Shown piece by piece: positions 8,974 to 17,493 of a stretch of 64,000 nucleotides of DNA. Position numbers and translations under genes: made by a program. Under the pieces are notes generated by a model. That model saw nothing but the letters and a program-made list of their open reading frames with translations, was not told where the DNA came from and searched no databases. The stretch comes from Clostridiales bacterium. GTDB taxonomy: Bacteria; Bacillota; Clostridia; Lachnospirales; Lachnospiraceae. Location: the NCBI GenBank assembly GCA_029010495.1, contig JAQXKO010000012.1:9067-73066 (forward strand), read 5' to 3'. Numbering within the stretch: position 1 is the first letter of the stretch; every line of letters starts with the position of its first letter.

Positions 8974-9891
8974 ATGGAAATGGACGGAATATTACGGGTA
9001 ATGCCATCGGCTGTAAGAAGACCGCTGCAGGAGGCTGTTGAGGATGTAAGTCTGCTTAGGGAAATCAGGCTTCGTTCGGGAAGGGAAATGTTTATATACT
9101 ATGACAATAAAGAGAGAGTGCTTGGAAGAAACGGATTTACCGTTACGGAGGATGCGGGACGTATAATTATCAGTGAACAGATGATAAAGGAAACGATAGA
9201 TTATATAAGCAATTATTCTTTGTATGCGGTAGAGGAGGAGCTTGGCAGAGGATATATTACGATTGCCGGCGGACACAGGGCAGGCATATGCGGTCATGTG
9301 GTCCTCTCGGGAGGCAAGGTTAAGGCGGTAAGAAACATATCCTCTGTTAATTTAAGAATTGCGCATGAAATGCCGGGGTGTGCCATGAAGCTTGCAAACG
9401 GGATATATCAGGAGGGAAGAATGGAAAACACTCTGATAATAAGTCCGCCGGGAGGAGGCAAAACAACACTCCTGCGTGATCTTATAAGAGTATTGTCGGA
9501 AAAAGGCTATCAGATAGGTGTGGTTGACGAAAGGTCTGAAATAGCAGCGATGTCAGGAGCTACGCCCGGCAACAATCTGGGACCGAGAGTCGATATACTG
9601 GACGGCTGTCCTAAAGCAATAGGAATAACCATGCTTTTAAGAAGTATGGCGCCTGATATTATAGCTGTTGACGAGATTGGCTCTGAGGATGATGTAAAGG
9701 AGATAGGTTACGCCGCCGTATCCGGCTGTAACGTGATTGCGACTGCTCATGGTCACGACGTTGAGGATGTCAAAAGAAATACAAGGCTTAAATATCTTAT
9801 CGAGGAAGGATTTTTCAGACGTGTTGTTGTACTCGGTAAAACTCCGATGCCGGGTACTGTTGTAAATATTTATCGGGGAAAGCAGAGCTGA
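8974..9891 (+). CDS. spoIIIAA: Stage III sporulation protein AA (AAA+/secretion-type ATPase)
   Basis: Walker A SPPGGGKTT and Walker B-like IIAVDEIG. About 305 aa from ATG 8974 (SD aggaaagga); 8938 is an alternative start. Position is upstream of spoIIIAB. Confidence 0.85.
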   Translation: MEMDGILRVMPSAVRRPLQEAVEDVSLLREIRLRSGREMFIYYDNKERVLGRNGFTVTEDAGRIIISEQMIKETIDYISNYSLYAVEEELGRGYITIAGGHRAGICGHVVLSGGKVKAVRNISSVNLRIAHEMPGCAMKLANGIYQEGRMENTLIISPPGGGKTTLLRDLIRVLSEKGYQIGVVDERSEIAAMSGATPGNNLGPRVDILDGCPKAIGITMLLRSMAPDIIAVDEIGSEDDVKEIGYAAVSGCNVIATAHGHDVEDVKRNTRLKYLIEEGFFRRVVVLGKTPMPGTVVNIYRGKQS

Positions 9892-9965
9892 AATACATTA
9901 CCGGCAGCATGCACACTGTGTATTCATAAGGGTAAATAAGAAAACAGACGGGACAGGTAAAAGAA

Positions 9966-10469
9966 ATGATAATAAAGCCGGTTGCGGCGGGTATAATAGT
10001 TATATCAGCATTTATTATCGGCAGGGAACTGCTTGATGAAAAAAGGAAAAGGATGAAAATGTATATTTCCCTCTCGGAGGCGGTTTTGACGTTACGCGGC
10101 TGTGTCTGGGGCACAAATATGTGCCTGCCTGAAGCGTTTAAAAGTCTGGACCATGGCGGCGGAGGTCTGTTTATGATGATTAATGACGGACTTGAGAGCG
10201 GAGAGGGACTTGGCAGGTCGGTAGAAGCTTCAATACACAGACTCTGCGGCGATTATAATATAGCAGAGGAAGAAAGGGCCGTATTTAACAGGATACGTGC
10301 AATACTGATATCGGATGATATTAACATGTTTGATAAAGGATTAGTATCTGTTTCGGAGCAGCTTTTTGAAGCAGCCGGAAGACTCAGCGATGAAATAAGC
10401 ACGAAAGAGGGTTTATACAGGAAGCTGTCGGTATATATTGCGCTTATGATAATAATAGCCATATGGTAA
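9966..10469 (+). CDS. spoIIIAB: Stage III sporulation protein AB
   Basis: 167 aa with an N-terminal TM segment, followed by a helical domain. Size and position after spoIIIAA fit SpoIIIAB. Confidence 0.7.
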   Translation: MIIKPVAAGIIVISAFIIGRELLDEKRKRMKMYISLSEAVLTLRGCVWGTNMCLPEAFKSLDHGGGGLFMMINDGLESGEGLGRSVEASIHRLCGDYNIAEEERAVFNRIRAILISDDINMFDKGLVSVSEQLFEAAGRLSDEISTKEGLYRKLSVYIALMIIIAIW

Positions 10470-10477
10470 ATTAATAT

Positions 10478-10506
10478 TGAAATTAATAGCATTTTTTTCT
10501 ATAATG
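10478..10506 (+). promoter_or_regulatory. Near-consensus sigmaA promoter for the EamA gene
   Basis: TTGAAA - 17 nt - TATAAT. Confidence 0.55.
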
Positions 10507-10534
10507 GATTTTAATGTGAGCTTTTGGAGGATGT

Positions 10535-11419
10535 ATGTACAAGAGAATTTTATCAGCAGTATATGTGATTCTGGCAGGTTGCCTGTGGGGCTGCATGGGG
10601 CTCCTTGTAAGACCGGTAAGTGGTATTCTTAAGGATTCTATTCAGATAGTATTTTTCAGGGCAGCGGTATCAACGCTGGTTCTGCTTTTGGGTCTTTTGA
10701 TTTTTAACCCAAAGGCACTTGTTATAAAATTAAAGGATTTATGGTGTTTTGTCGGAACAGGTATATTCAGCATCACATTTTTTAATTTCTGTTATTTTAA
10801 TACAATAAAAATCATGGATTTGTCTGTGGCAGCGGTGCTTTTATATACATCACCCGCTTTTGTTATTATACTTTCTGCAATATTGTTTAAAGAAAAGGTC
10901 GGAAAGGTAAAAGTATTTGCACTGGCGCTTTCATTTGCGGGATGCGTACTTGTGTCGGGGATTGTCAATACGGGATCGCCGCTAAATGCGGCCGGTATAA
11001 TTTATGGTCTTGGAGCAGGCTTTGGATATGCGCTTTACAGCATTTTTTCGAGATATGCCATAAACAGGGGATATAACTCATTTACCATAACTTTTTATAC
11101 TTTTTTGCTCAGTATGCTTGCAACATCATTTATGTGTGATGCCAAAACAGTTGTGTATGCATTCTCAGGACAGAATAAACTGTTCTGGTATGCAGCATTT
11201 ATGGTTATTCTTGTCACGCTCCTGCCTTATGTTTTATTCACTATCGGCCTTATGGGAATGGATAACGGCAAAGCCTCGGTGCTTGCTTCGATTGAACCGG
11301 TAATGGCGACGGTAGTGGGTATTGCAGCATATGGTGAAACTCCGGATTTATTTGTGGTGGCCGGGATGACTCTTGTGCTGGCCTCTATTGCAATTATAAA
11401 CAATGCAGAAAAAAATTAA
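10535..11419 (+). CDS. EamA/DMT-superfamily transporter
   Basis: About 10 TM segments in two internally similar halves. 294 aa. Confidence 0.85.
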   Translation: MYKRILSAVYVILAGCLWGCMGLLVRPVSGILKDSIQIVFFRAAVSTLVLLLGLLIFNPKALVIKLKDLWCFVGTGIFSITFFNFCYFNTIKIMDLSVAAVLLYTSPAFVIILSAILFKEKVGKVKVFALALSFAGCVLVSGIVNTGSPLNAAGIIYGLGAGFGYALYSIFSRYAINRGYNSFTITFYTFLLSMLATSFMCDAKTVVYAFSGQNKLFWYAAFMVILVTLLPYVLFTIGLMGMDNGKASVLASIEPVMATVVGIAAYGETPDLFVVAGMTLVLASIAIINNAEKN

Positions 11420-11538
11420 CATTCAGAAAACAGCCGCATGTTGTAAATTCATACTGTTATGATATTTCCTCCCGTATTGCGGCATCAATTTATGATTATT
11501 ATTAGAAATTCAAAAATATTGAATTGTCAGTTGCCTTA

Positions 11539-11567
11539 TTGACATAAAAGATGATAATAATTATAAT
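11539..11567 (+). promoter_or_regulatory. Consensus sigmaA promoter for the TetR gene
   Basis: TTGACA - 17 nt - TATAAT. It covers the ATG at 11551 listed in the ORF track. Confidence 0.55.
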
Positions 11568-11610
11568 AAAACAGGTAGGTTTAGTTGTAGTAAAAAGGGG
11601 GAAAGACCTA

Positions 11611-12216
11611 TTGCGTACCATAAATGAGGAAGCCCGCAAGGCTAAGAAAATTGAAATTATGGAGAAGTGCTTTGAGTGTTATGCCGACAATGGACTTACC
11701 GGCATAGGCATTAAGGCTATTGCGGATGCATGCGGATGTAATGTTGCGAGTATATACCAGTATTTTGAAAATCTGGATGATCTCATCATTCAGGCCACCG
11801 AATATTGTATGAGTAAGGTGGAAGATGATTTCATGGCAAAAGCACCGACGGATGTTGAGGAACTGTGGAGTTTTATTAATGAAATTCCTTATTGGACAGC
11901 TACTTTACACGGAAAAAAATACCGCCTTATGTATCAGGTATATACTAATCCAAAGTATAGGGAATACGGACAGAAATTTTTTGCGGGAGTAGATAAGCGA
12001 TATACTGAATATGCAAAGCTTCTTGAAGGCAAGCTCGGTATACCTTATCAGAAACTGACGGCACTTATATTTATATTGATAAGAGCATGTGTTCATTACG
12101 CGTTATTTGAGGATGAGTTTTATTTGAAAGCTCAGATTAATGTATTGAAGGAAAGTCTGGAGCTTTTTATTTTCAAATATAATTTAAAAGAATCTGACGT
12201 AATTAAGGCGAATTAA
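11611..12216 (+). CDS. TetR/AcrR-family transcriptional regulator
   Basis: N-terminal HTH GIGIKAIADACGCNVASIYQYFENLDDLI. Start placed at TTG 11611, behind SD AAGGGGGAAAG, because the ATG at 11551 lies inside the promoter. Confidence 0.8.
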   Translation: MRTINEEARKAKKIEIMEKCFECYADNGLTGIGIKAIADACGCNVASIYQYFENLDDLIIQATEYCMSKVEDDFMAKAPTDVEELWSFINEIPYWTATLHGKKYRLMYQVYTNPKYREYGQKFFAGVDKRYTEYAKLLEGKLGIPYQKLTALIFILIRACVHYALFEDEFYLKAQINVLKESLELFIFKYNLKESDVIKAN

Positions 12217-12262
12217 TGCTGTTGGTATCTGCATGTTACCGATATTATAATTAATTATTATT

Positions 12263-12300
12263 AAGACATTTGTCACAAGGCTGACAGATGTCTTTTTTTA
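12263..12300 (+). terminator. Rho-independent terminator after the TetR gene
   Basis: aagacatttgtca / tgacagatgtctt is a 13-bp stem with one G-U pair, followed by T7. Confidence 0.7.
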
Positions 12301-12392
12301 TCATACACAACCGTCATCGTCATATATATTTATTATAATAAACCGGAACCGCACTGTTATGAACGAACTGATAAATAATTTGAGCTTTTTTG

Positions 12393-12421
12393 TTGACACA
12401 GCGGTTAAATTTACATATAAT
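12393..12421 (+). promoter_or_regulatory. Consensus sigmaA promoter for the giant surface protein gene
   Basis: TTGACA - 17 nt - TATAAT. It predicts a leader of roughly 95 nt. Confidence 0.55.
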
Positions 12422-12521
12422 ATAAATGAACGTTTATTTTTGAGGCGTGTTATAATAATAGCTCTAAAATAAACTCAGAGTTGCTGTATTGACAGTATAC
12501 ATAAAAAAGGAGGAGAAAAAT

Positions 12522-15500
12522 ATGAAAAAGAAGATAACAGCATTTTTTCTGTGTCTTTTGATGGTACTAGGTGCAATTCCTATTCAGGTACTGGCTGATA
12601 CAATTGTGCCGTTCAATCCTAGTGAAGAACCTCTTATAATCAAACCTTATTATCCTGATTTTAATAACAGCTTAGGGTACAATGCGCCTGCTTCGGGCAA
12701 TGGTGAGAAAATATTAGAGGCCATGTTAAATCAGATTAAAGATGCCGAAGACCCAACATCGACTAATAAGCCTGAATCATTTTTTGATGATACTCTGACG
12801 CCTTACGGCACTCAGAAGGGTGAGGCGTTTACAATGCTTGAAAAGCTTGAATTATTTGAGTATGTATCCTTGGGAAATAACTTAAAAGATGCAAGGATAA
12901 TGGATGATATGAGTGTCGATATTAAAACTAGTTTTGTTCCGACAAAGGATCAGACAATTTCAAGCGGACTTCCGGGATTACGTTTTGCACGAGGAGTAGC
13001 ATTTGACCCTTCAGGCTGCGGTCGGAGAAATTATGTAGCTCTTATGGGATATCGTGATACTCCGAATTCAACTACAACCGGTTCGATTTATATTTATATC
13101 ATAAATGCAGATACCAGAACAGTTGAGTGCCAGACAACAATGATGACAAATTCCTCAAAACTTCGTAAGTTCATTAATGAAGTTACAATGGTTGATTCTT
13201 CAAACTTCTTCCAGATTACTGCCGGCGACTATAATGGTGACGGACGTGACAACCTTGTTGTAGGTTGCGGCTGTATTAATGGTTCTGCCAGCATATATCA
13301 GTTTGGACTGGCAAATGTTTCCTATGATACGTCCGCAAAGAAGGCAACCGTTACTAATATGTATGAGGGAACAGAAGGCAAATTTCTTCATTCTGAGTTC
13401 ATAAAGAAGAAGATGGGTAATTCCAGTGACCTTGCCAACCAGCTTTGTATGTCCCTTGACACAGATGATCTTAACGGCGACGGAATTGATGATCTGGTTG
13501 TCCTTTCCTGTACCGGAGACATCACAAGCGAATATGTTTCAAAGGTACAAAATAAAACCTGTATACCACAGCTTACCGTTGCATACGGTCAGAAGGGCAT
13601 TAAAAACATCTCTTCTACTACAGCTATTGACAGGCAGAGTATTGTACAGAATATAAAAAGTAAGGATATTACCATGGCATGTCCCGATGTTACCATCGGC
13701 GATATGGATGGTGACGGAAGAAAAGAAATACTTGTTGCCGGATATAAAAACGAAACAAAAGCAAATGATGTTTTGATAGTTCCGGATGATTCAACCGGCA
13801 GTATTACATATGCATTCTTTGAAACGACCGGAAAGGGTACTTTGAAGCGCGTAGGTGATATCAAGGAAATTGAAAAGTCAAATGTCTGTCCGATTGCAAA
13901 GGACGACAGCCTTAGAGAACGCGAAACATATTTTCAGCAGCTTTGCATAGAATCTGTTGCACTCGATGGTGTAAATACTCAGGAATATGTATTTGTAAAC
14001 GGTTATTTCTATTATTTGAACGATTCAGGTAATCTTATATCAATTTCGGGTAACGGTGAAGCTGAATGTTCGGGATCATTTTATCAGAATCTGTTTCATT
14101 ATCTTCCCGGAAAAATAAATAATGTAGATGTAGATGAGGTATTTATTCTGACTTCATCTGTAGGAAACTATTTCGGAAGCAATAGCGGCAGAGAAGGAGT
14201 TGCTGTTATTGTAGGCTTCAAGAAACATTCTGACGCTAACAAAGAAAGTTCATACAATTTCAGACAGGCTATTGTGTGGGGAGATGATAATACAAAGGGA
14301 GAAAATAAAGAAACAAATATTATAGGTGTTGATAGTCAGGCACCTATGGAAAAAATCGGTAGTAGTTATTATGGTTTTGTTTCCGGTTCATGCGGTAATA
14401 TCGGTACTGTATTAGTTGGCGTTGATGTCGGCAGTGATACGGTAGTTGCAAAATATTCGGGCAAAGCATGTACATATACCGATCCAACTCCTGTAGCATT
14501 TTTACAGGCCGCTCCATATTTTTCTGAGCTTGGAGCAGGCAACAGTTCCACACAGTACAGTTATTCCGAAGGTTACCGTGTAACAAATGGTAATTCGACA
14601 GAAACTTCATACAACATCGGCTTAACCGTTGAAGCAGAAGCCGGACCTGTTAAAACGAGTATGGATATCGGCGCTGCTTTTGAGGTTATCGAGGAATTTG
14701 CCGAGAGTCTTGAAAAGACTTATACGACTACCTTTGAAGCCAATGACCAGAACCAGATTATCCTGCGTCAGACACTGATGTATTATTATTTCTATGATGT
14801 TCAGGTTTATGACAGTAAGACAGGAAAGTATGAATTTAAACCGTGCTCGCTTGTAGTATCTGCACCGCAGTATCCGGTATTAACATCGCTTTCAATTGAA
14901 CAATATAATGCGTTTGCAAGAGCATACAATAAGAAGATTGATGAATTTGACAATACCGGTAATAAGAAGGTAGATAAAGCACATAAAATGCAGGTAATTT
15001 CCGATGCGCTTATTGCAAAGTATTATCTGAATAATGAGGGAAATCCTTTCGCATATGCAAAGGATAGTTCTAACTACAAATACAATAACAACAGGTTTGG
15101 CGGTTGGGACTTTTGCAAGTCGACCAACGGCAGTACAGATAACTGGATGAAGTTATCATATGCCGGTGGTACGCAACAGCAGGCATATACAGTAACTCTT
15201 GATAAGGAAAAAACGAAGTCTGTTTCAGAAGGCTGTTATATGAATACCGCGATTATGGGCGGCGGCGGCATCGGACCGTTTAGTGTCTATGCCGGCGTAT
15301 CTGCAGGCTTTGAACGTCTTAAGGGACATTCGTTCTCGACGGCGTCAATTACCAGTACGGAAACTTCAGGTTCCGTACAGAATCTTAACAATGAACAGAC
15401 CTCATACCGCTTCAATTGGAAATTAATCGGATGGAAGACGGATGACCTGTTTGAGGGCATACCTTTTGTAGGATATGCAGTAAAGGACCAGGTAGCGCCT

Positions 15501-17045
15501 CCTCAGCCGGTTACTGATTTGAAGGCAAGCTTTTCTTCAGAAAACGGCGGTAGGGTAACGCTTACATGGACTTCTCCGACTATACTTACGGGTCGTAAGG
15601 CAATAAATTATTTCTATGTAAACTGCGACAAGGAATCTTCATATGTTGCGGCTACAAGCAATAAAGGCGCCGGCGTTGAGCATTCGGTTACCATTGACGT
15701 AAGTAATTATTCTGACAGAAGTGGTGCTACATTTACGGTATCAAGCTATAATGAAGCCGGTAATGCAGCAAGTATGCCATCCAACGAAGTTTATGTAATG
15801 TTTGTACTTACCGATCATGAGGTTATCAGACTTATTAACGAGGCCAGAAATGATCTGCAGACTAAGATTGATGATCTCAAAGCTCAATTAAATAGCGGAA
15901 ACAATGTATCAGTTGAGAGCTTTAATAATCTTATTGAAGCATATAAGGAAGCAGATAAACTGATTAATTCGCGCATTGATGATTTGGTGCTTGTTCAGAA
16001 TGCTTTGGAAGATAAAATGTCTGCAGCTGATGTATTACTTGAGGAGGCAATTAATAAAGTTGAGAGTGAACTTCTGACGGCTATTGATGAACTCGGCAAG
16101 TCAAATGAAGAGGCACTCAGCAAGGCAATTACTGACCTTACAGATGCTTATAAAAATGCCGATGCTTTGTTAAAGAGTGATATTGATTCTTTATCATCAA
16201 AGCACGATAGTCTTGAACAGGCAGTAAAAAATGCTGATAAGACTTTACAGGACGCTATTGATAAGGTTAACGAGGATTTGACAAAAGCAATTGAAAATCT
16301 CGGCAAGGCCGGTGACGAAGCTTTAGAAAAGGCTGTTAAGGAACTGACAAATGCGTATAACAGTGCAGATGCACTCATTAATTCCGATATCAGCTCATTG
16401 GCAGGAAAGCAGGCTGACTTAGAGAAAACAGTCAGTGAAGCGGATAAGGCTTTGCAGCAGGCAATTGATGAGATGGATAAAAAATTAACTGATGCTATTG
16501 AAAAGCTTGGCAACTCAAGTGACAATAATCTTCAGCAGGCAATTACTAATCTGACAGCTGTTCGCGAAAATGCAGATGCACTTCTCAAGGCAGATATCAA
16601 ATCAGTATCCGACAAGCTTACTTCTCTTGAGCAGAATGTTAATAAGGCTGATGAGGCAATTAATGCTTCGATAAAGAAGGTTAAGGATGATCTTGATGCC
16701 ACAAAGCTTGTAATAGAAGCATTATCAAAGAAAATTGAGGAGATGGAATCAAGTCATAAGGAAGATATTAAAAATGTGACAGCAAATATGGAAGAAGGCC
16801 ACAAGAAGGATATTGATGAACTTAATGCGGAACTTGAAATCTTTAAGAATCAGGTATCAAAGAATAATTCCGTTAACGGTTCATTAATCAAGGAACTTGC
16901 TGATGCTAATGATAATCAGCAGTCTTCTCTTGATACTAACAGGGTTCTTTCAATTGTCGGTCTCGGAATAGGCAGTGTTTCATTATTTGGCAATATTGCT
17001 CTCCTTATGTTAATTTTCAGAAAGAAGTCTGCGCTGGCATTATAG
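12522..17045 (+). CDS. 1507-aa secreted, C-terminally membrane-anchored surface protein: FG-GAP/integrin-like repeats, unknown beta-rich core, FN3-like domain, coiled-coil repeats
   Basis: - Start: ATG 12522 after AAGGAGGAG.
- Signal peptide: MKKKITAFFLCLLMVLGAIPIQVLA.
- Ca-binding FG-GAP motifs: GDYNGDGRDNLVV, DDLNGDGIDDLVV, GDMDGDGRKEILV.
- FN3-like segment: PPQPVTDLKASF..VTLTWTSP.
- Coiled-coil repeats with a 69-aa period.
- C-terminal TM segment plus RKK tail. No LPXTG. Confidence 0.8.
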   Translation: MKKKITAFFLCLLMVLGAIPIQVLADTIVPFNPSEEPLIIKPYYPDFNNSLGYNAPASGNGEKILEAMLNQIKDAEDPTSTNKPESFFDDTLTPYGTQKGEAFTMLEKLELFEYVSLGNNLKDARIMDDMSVDIKTSFVPTKDQTISSGLPGLRFARGVAFDPSGCGRRNYVALMGYRDTPNSTTTGSIYIYIINADTRTVECQTTMMTNSSKLRKFINEVTMVDSSNFFQITAGDYNGDGRDNLVVGCGCINGSASIYQFGLANVSYDTSAKKATVTNMYEGTEGKFLHSEFIKKKMGNSSDLANQLCMSLDTDDLNGDGIDDLVVLSCTGDITSEYVSKVQNKTCIPQLTVAYGQKGIKNISSTTAIDRQSIVQNIKSKDITMACPDVTIGDMDGDGRKEILVAGYKNETKANDVLIVPDDSTGSITYAFFETTGKGTLKRVGDIKEIEKSNVCPIAKDDSLRERETYFQQLCIESVALDGVNTQEYVFVNGYFYYLNDSGNLISISGNGEAECSGSFYQNLFHYLPGKINNVDVDEVFILTSSVGNYFGSNSGREGVAVIVGFKKHSDANKESSYNFRQAIVWGDDNTKGENKETNIIGVDSQAPMEKIGSSYYGFVSGSCGNIGTVLVGVDVGSDTVVAKYSGKACTYTDPTPVAFLQAAPYFSELGAGNSSTQYSYSEGYRVTNGNSTETSYNIGLTVEAEAGPVKTSMDIGAAFEVIEEFAESLEKTYTTTFEANDQNQIILRQTLMYYYFYDVQVYDSKTGKYEFKPCSLVVSAPQYPVLTSLSIEQYNAFARAYNKKIDEFDNTGNKKVDKAHKMQVISDALIAKYYLNNEGNPFAYAKDSSNYKYNNNRFGGWDFCKSTNGSTDNWMKLSYAGGTQQQAYTVTLDKEKTKSVSEGCYMNTAIMGGGGIGPFSVYAGVSAGFERLKGHSFSTASITSTETSGSVQNLNNEQTSYRFNWKLIGWKTDDLFEGIPFVGYAVKDQVAPPQPVTDLKASFSSENGGRVTLTWTSPTILTGRKAINYFYVNCDKESSYVAATSNKGAGVEHSVTIDVSNYSDRSGATFTVSSYNEAGNAASMPSNEVYVMFVLTDHEVIRLINEARNDLQTKIDDLKAQLNSGNNVSVESFNNLIEAYKEADKLINSRIDDLVLVQNALEDKMSAADVLLEEAINKVESELLTAIDELGKSNEEALSKAITDLTDAYKNADALLKSDIDSLSSKHDSLEQAVKNADKTLQDAIDKVNEDLTKAIENLGKAGDEALEKAVKELTNAYNSADALINSDISSLAGKQADLEKTVSEADKALQQAIDEMDKKLTDAIEKLGNSSDNNLQQAITNLTAVRENADALLKADIKSVSDKLTSLEQNVNKADEAINASIKKVKDDLDATKLVIEALSKKIEEMESSHKEDIKNVTANMEEGHKKDIDELNAELEIFKNQVSKNNSVNGSLIKELADANDNQQSSLDTNRVLSIVGLGIGSVSLFGNIALLMLIFRKKSALAL
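15915..16750 (+). repeat. Tandem in-frame 207-nt (69-aa) coiled-coil repeats inside the surface protein gene
   Basis: Units start exactly at 16044, 16251, 16458 and 16665, with partial copies at both ends. Consensus: AIDxLGK...ALxKAIxxLTxAYxxADALLxSDIxSLxxK. The DNA copies are clearly diverged. Confidence 0.8.
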
Positions 17046-17076
17046 TTTTGCAAACTCAAATATTAAATAAATATAC

Positions 17077-17114
17077 AGTGTCTGGGAGCTGTGCTTTCAG
17101 ACACTGTTTTTTTT
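17077..17114 (+). terminator. Strong rho-independent terminator after the surface protein gene
   Basis: cagtgtctg / cagacactg is a 9-bp perfect stem, followed by T8. Confidence 0.8.
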
Positions 17115-17170
17115 GTCTTTTTCTGATTATGAAATTGTTGCGTAATATTAAAGATAGTAAAAAGTCTTTT

Positions 17171-17198
17171 GCATAAAAACAGGGCTAGTACATATATA
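17171..17198 (+). promoter_or_regulatory. Weak candidate mother-cell (sigmaE-like) promoter for spoIIIAC-AH
   Basis: GCATAAA - 13 nt - CATATATA, compared with my remembered sigmaE consensus xHATAxx-N14-CATACAHT. The match is imperfect. Confidence 0.2.
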
Positions 17199-17298
17199 TT
17201 TACAAAGAAATAATTTTGATAATATTACAGTAATTAAATTGTTGATGTTAAGTTACAAAGGAGGGTAATAGGCTGTCAGGAGAAAGGAAGTAACAAGA

Positions 17299-17493
17299 TT
17301 GAGCATATCCATCATTTACAAAATTGCTGCAGTAGGAATTCTGGTGTCGGTGCTTGGACAGGTTTTGAAGCATTCCGGCAGAGAGGATCAGGCTTTTCTG
17401 GCATCACTTGCCGGTCTGGTTCTTGTGCTGTCATGGGTGGTTCCGCTGATAGCTGAGCTGTTTAATACCATTCAGACATTATTTGATTTATGA
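17299..17493 (+). CDS. spoIIIAC: Stage III sporulation protein AC
   Basis: 64-aa two-TM protein. TTG start after GGAGAAAGGAAG. ATGA overlap with the next gene. Confidence 0.75.
   Translation: MSISIIYKIAAVGILVSVLGQVLKHSGREDQAFLASLAGLVLVLSWVVPLIAELFNTIQTLFDL

Noticed and set aside
10470-10500. Possible target-site duplication or att-like repeats flanking the insertion in spoIIIA. The similarity is taatattgaaatta at the left junction versus taatattaaagata near 17140.
   Set aside because: The similarity is only short, imperfect and AT-rich. There is no recombinase, transposase or tRNA nearby. It cannot support a mobile-element call.
11551-11610. N-terminal extensions given by the ORF track: 11551 (TetR), 17702 (spoIIIAE), 21424 (xseA), 25673 (tlyA), 43224 (rlmN), 60831 and 61525 (pilins), and 6683 (permease).
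   Set aside because: In each case an internal start with a good SD gives the conserved N-terminus. The extension either overlaps the preceding gene in another frame or, for 11551, lies inside a consensus promoter. The apparent long gene overlaps are therefore not evidence of frameshifts or pseudogenes.
16148-16525. Long antisense ORFs inside well-supported genes. Examples: 16148-16525(-), 3868-4263(-), 34330-34818(-), 55607-56140(-), 36015-36410(-) and 39751-40140(-).
   Set aside because: They lie entirely within strongly supported sense-strand genes. They have low-complexity or hydrophobic translations, no RBS and no recognisable motifs. They are shadow ORFs, typical of this base composition and of repeat regions.
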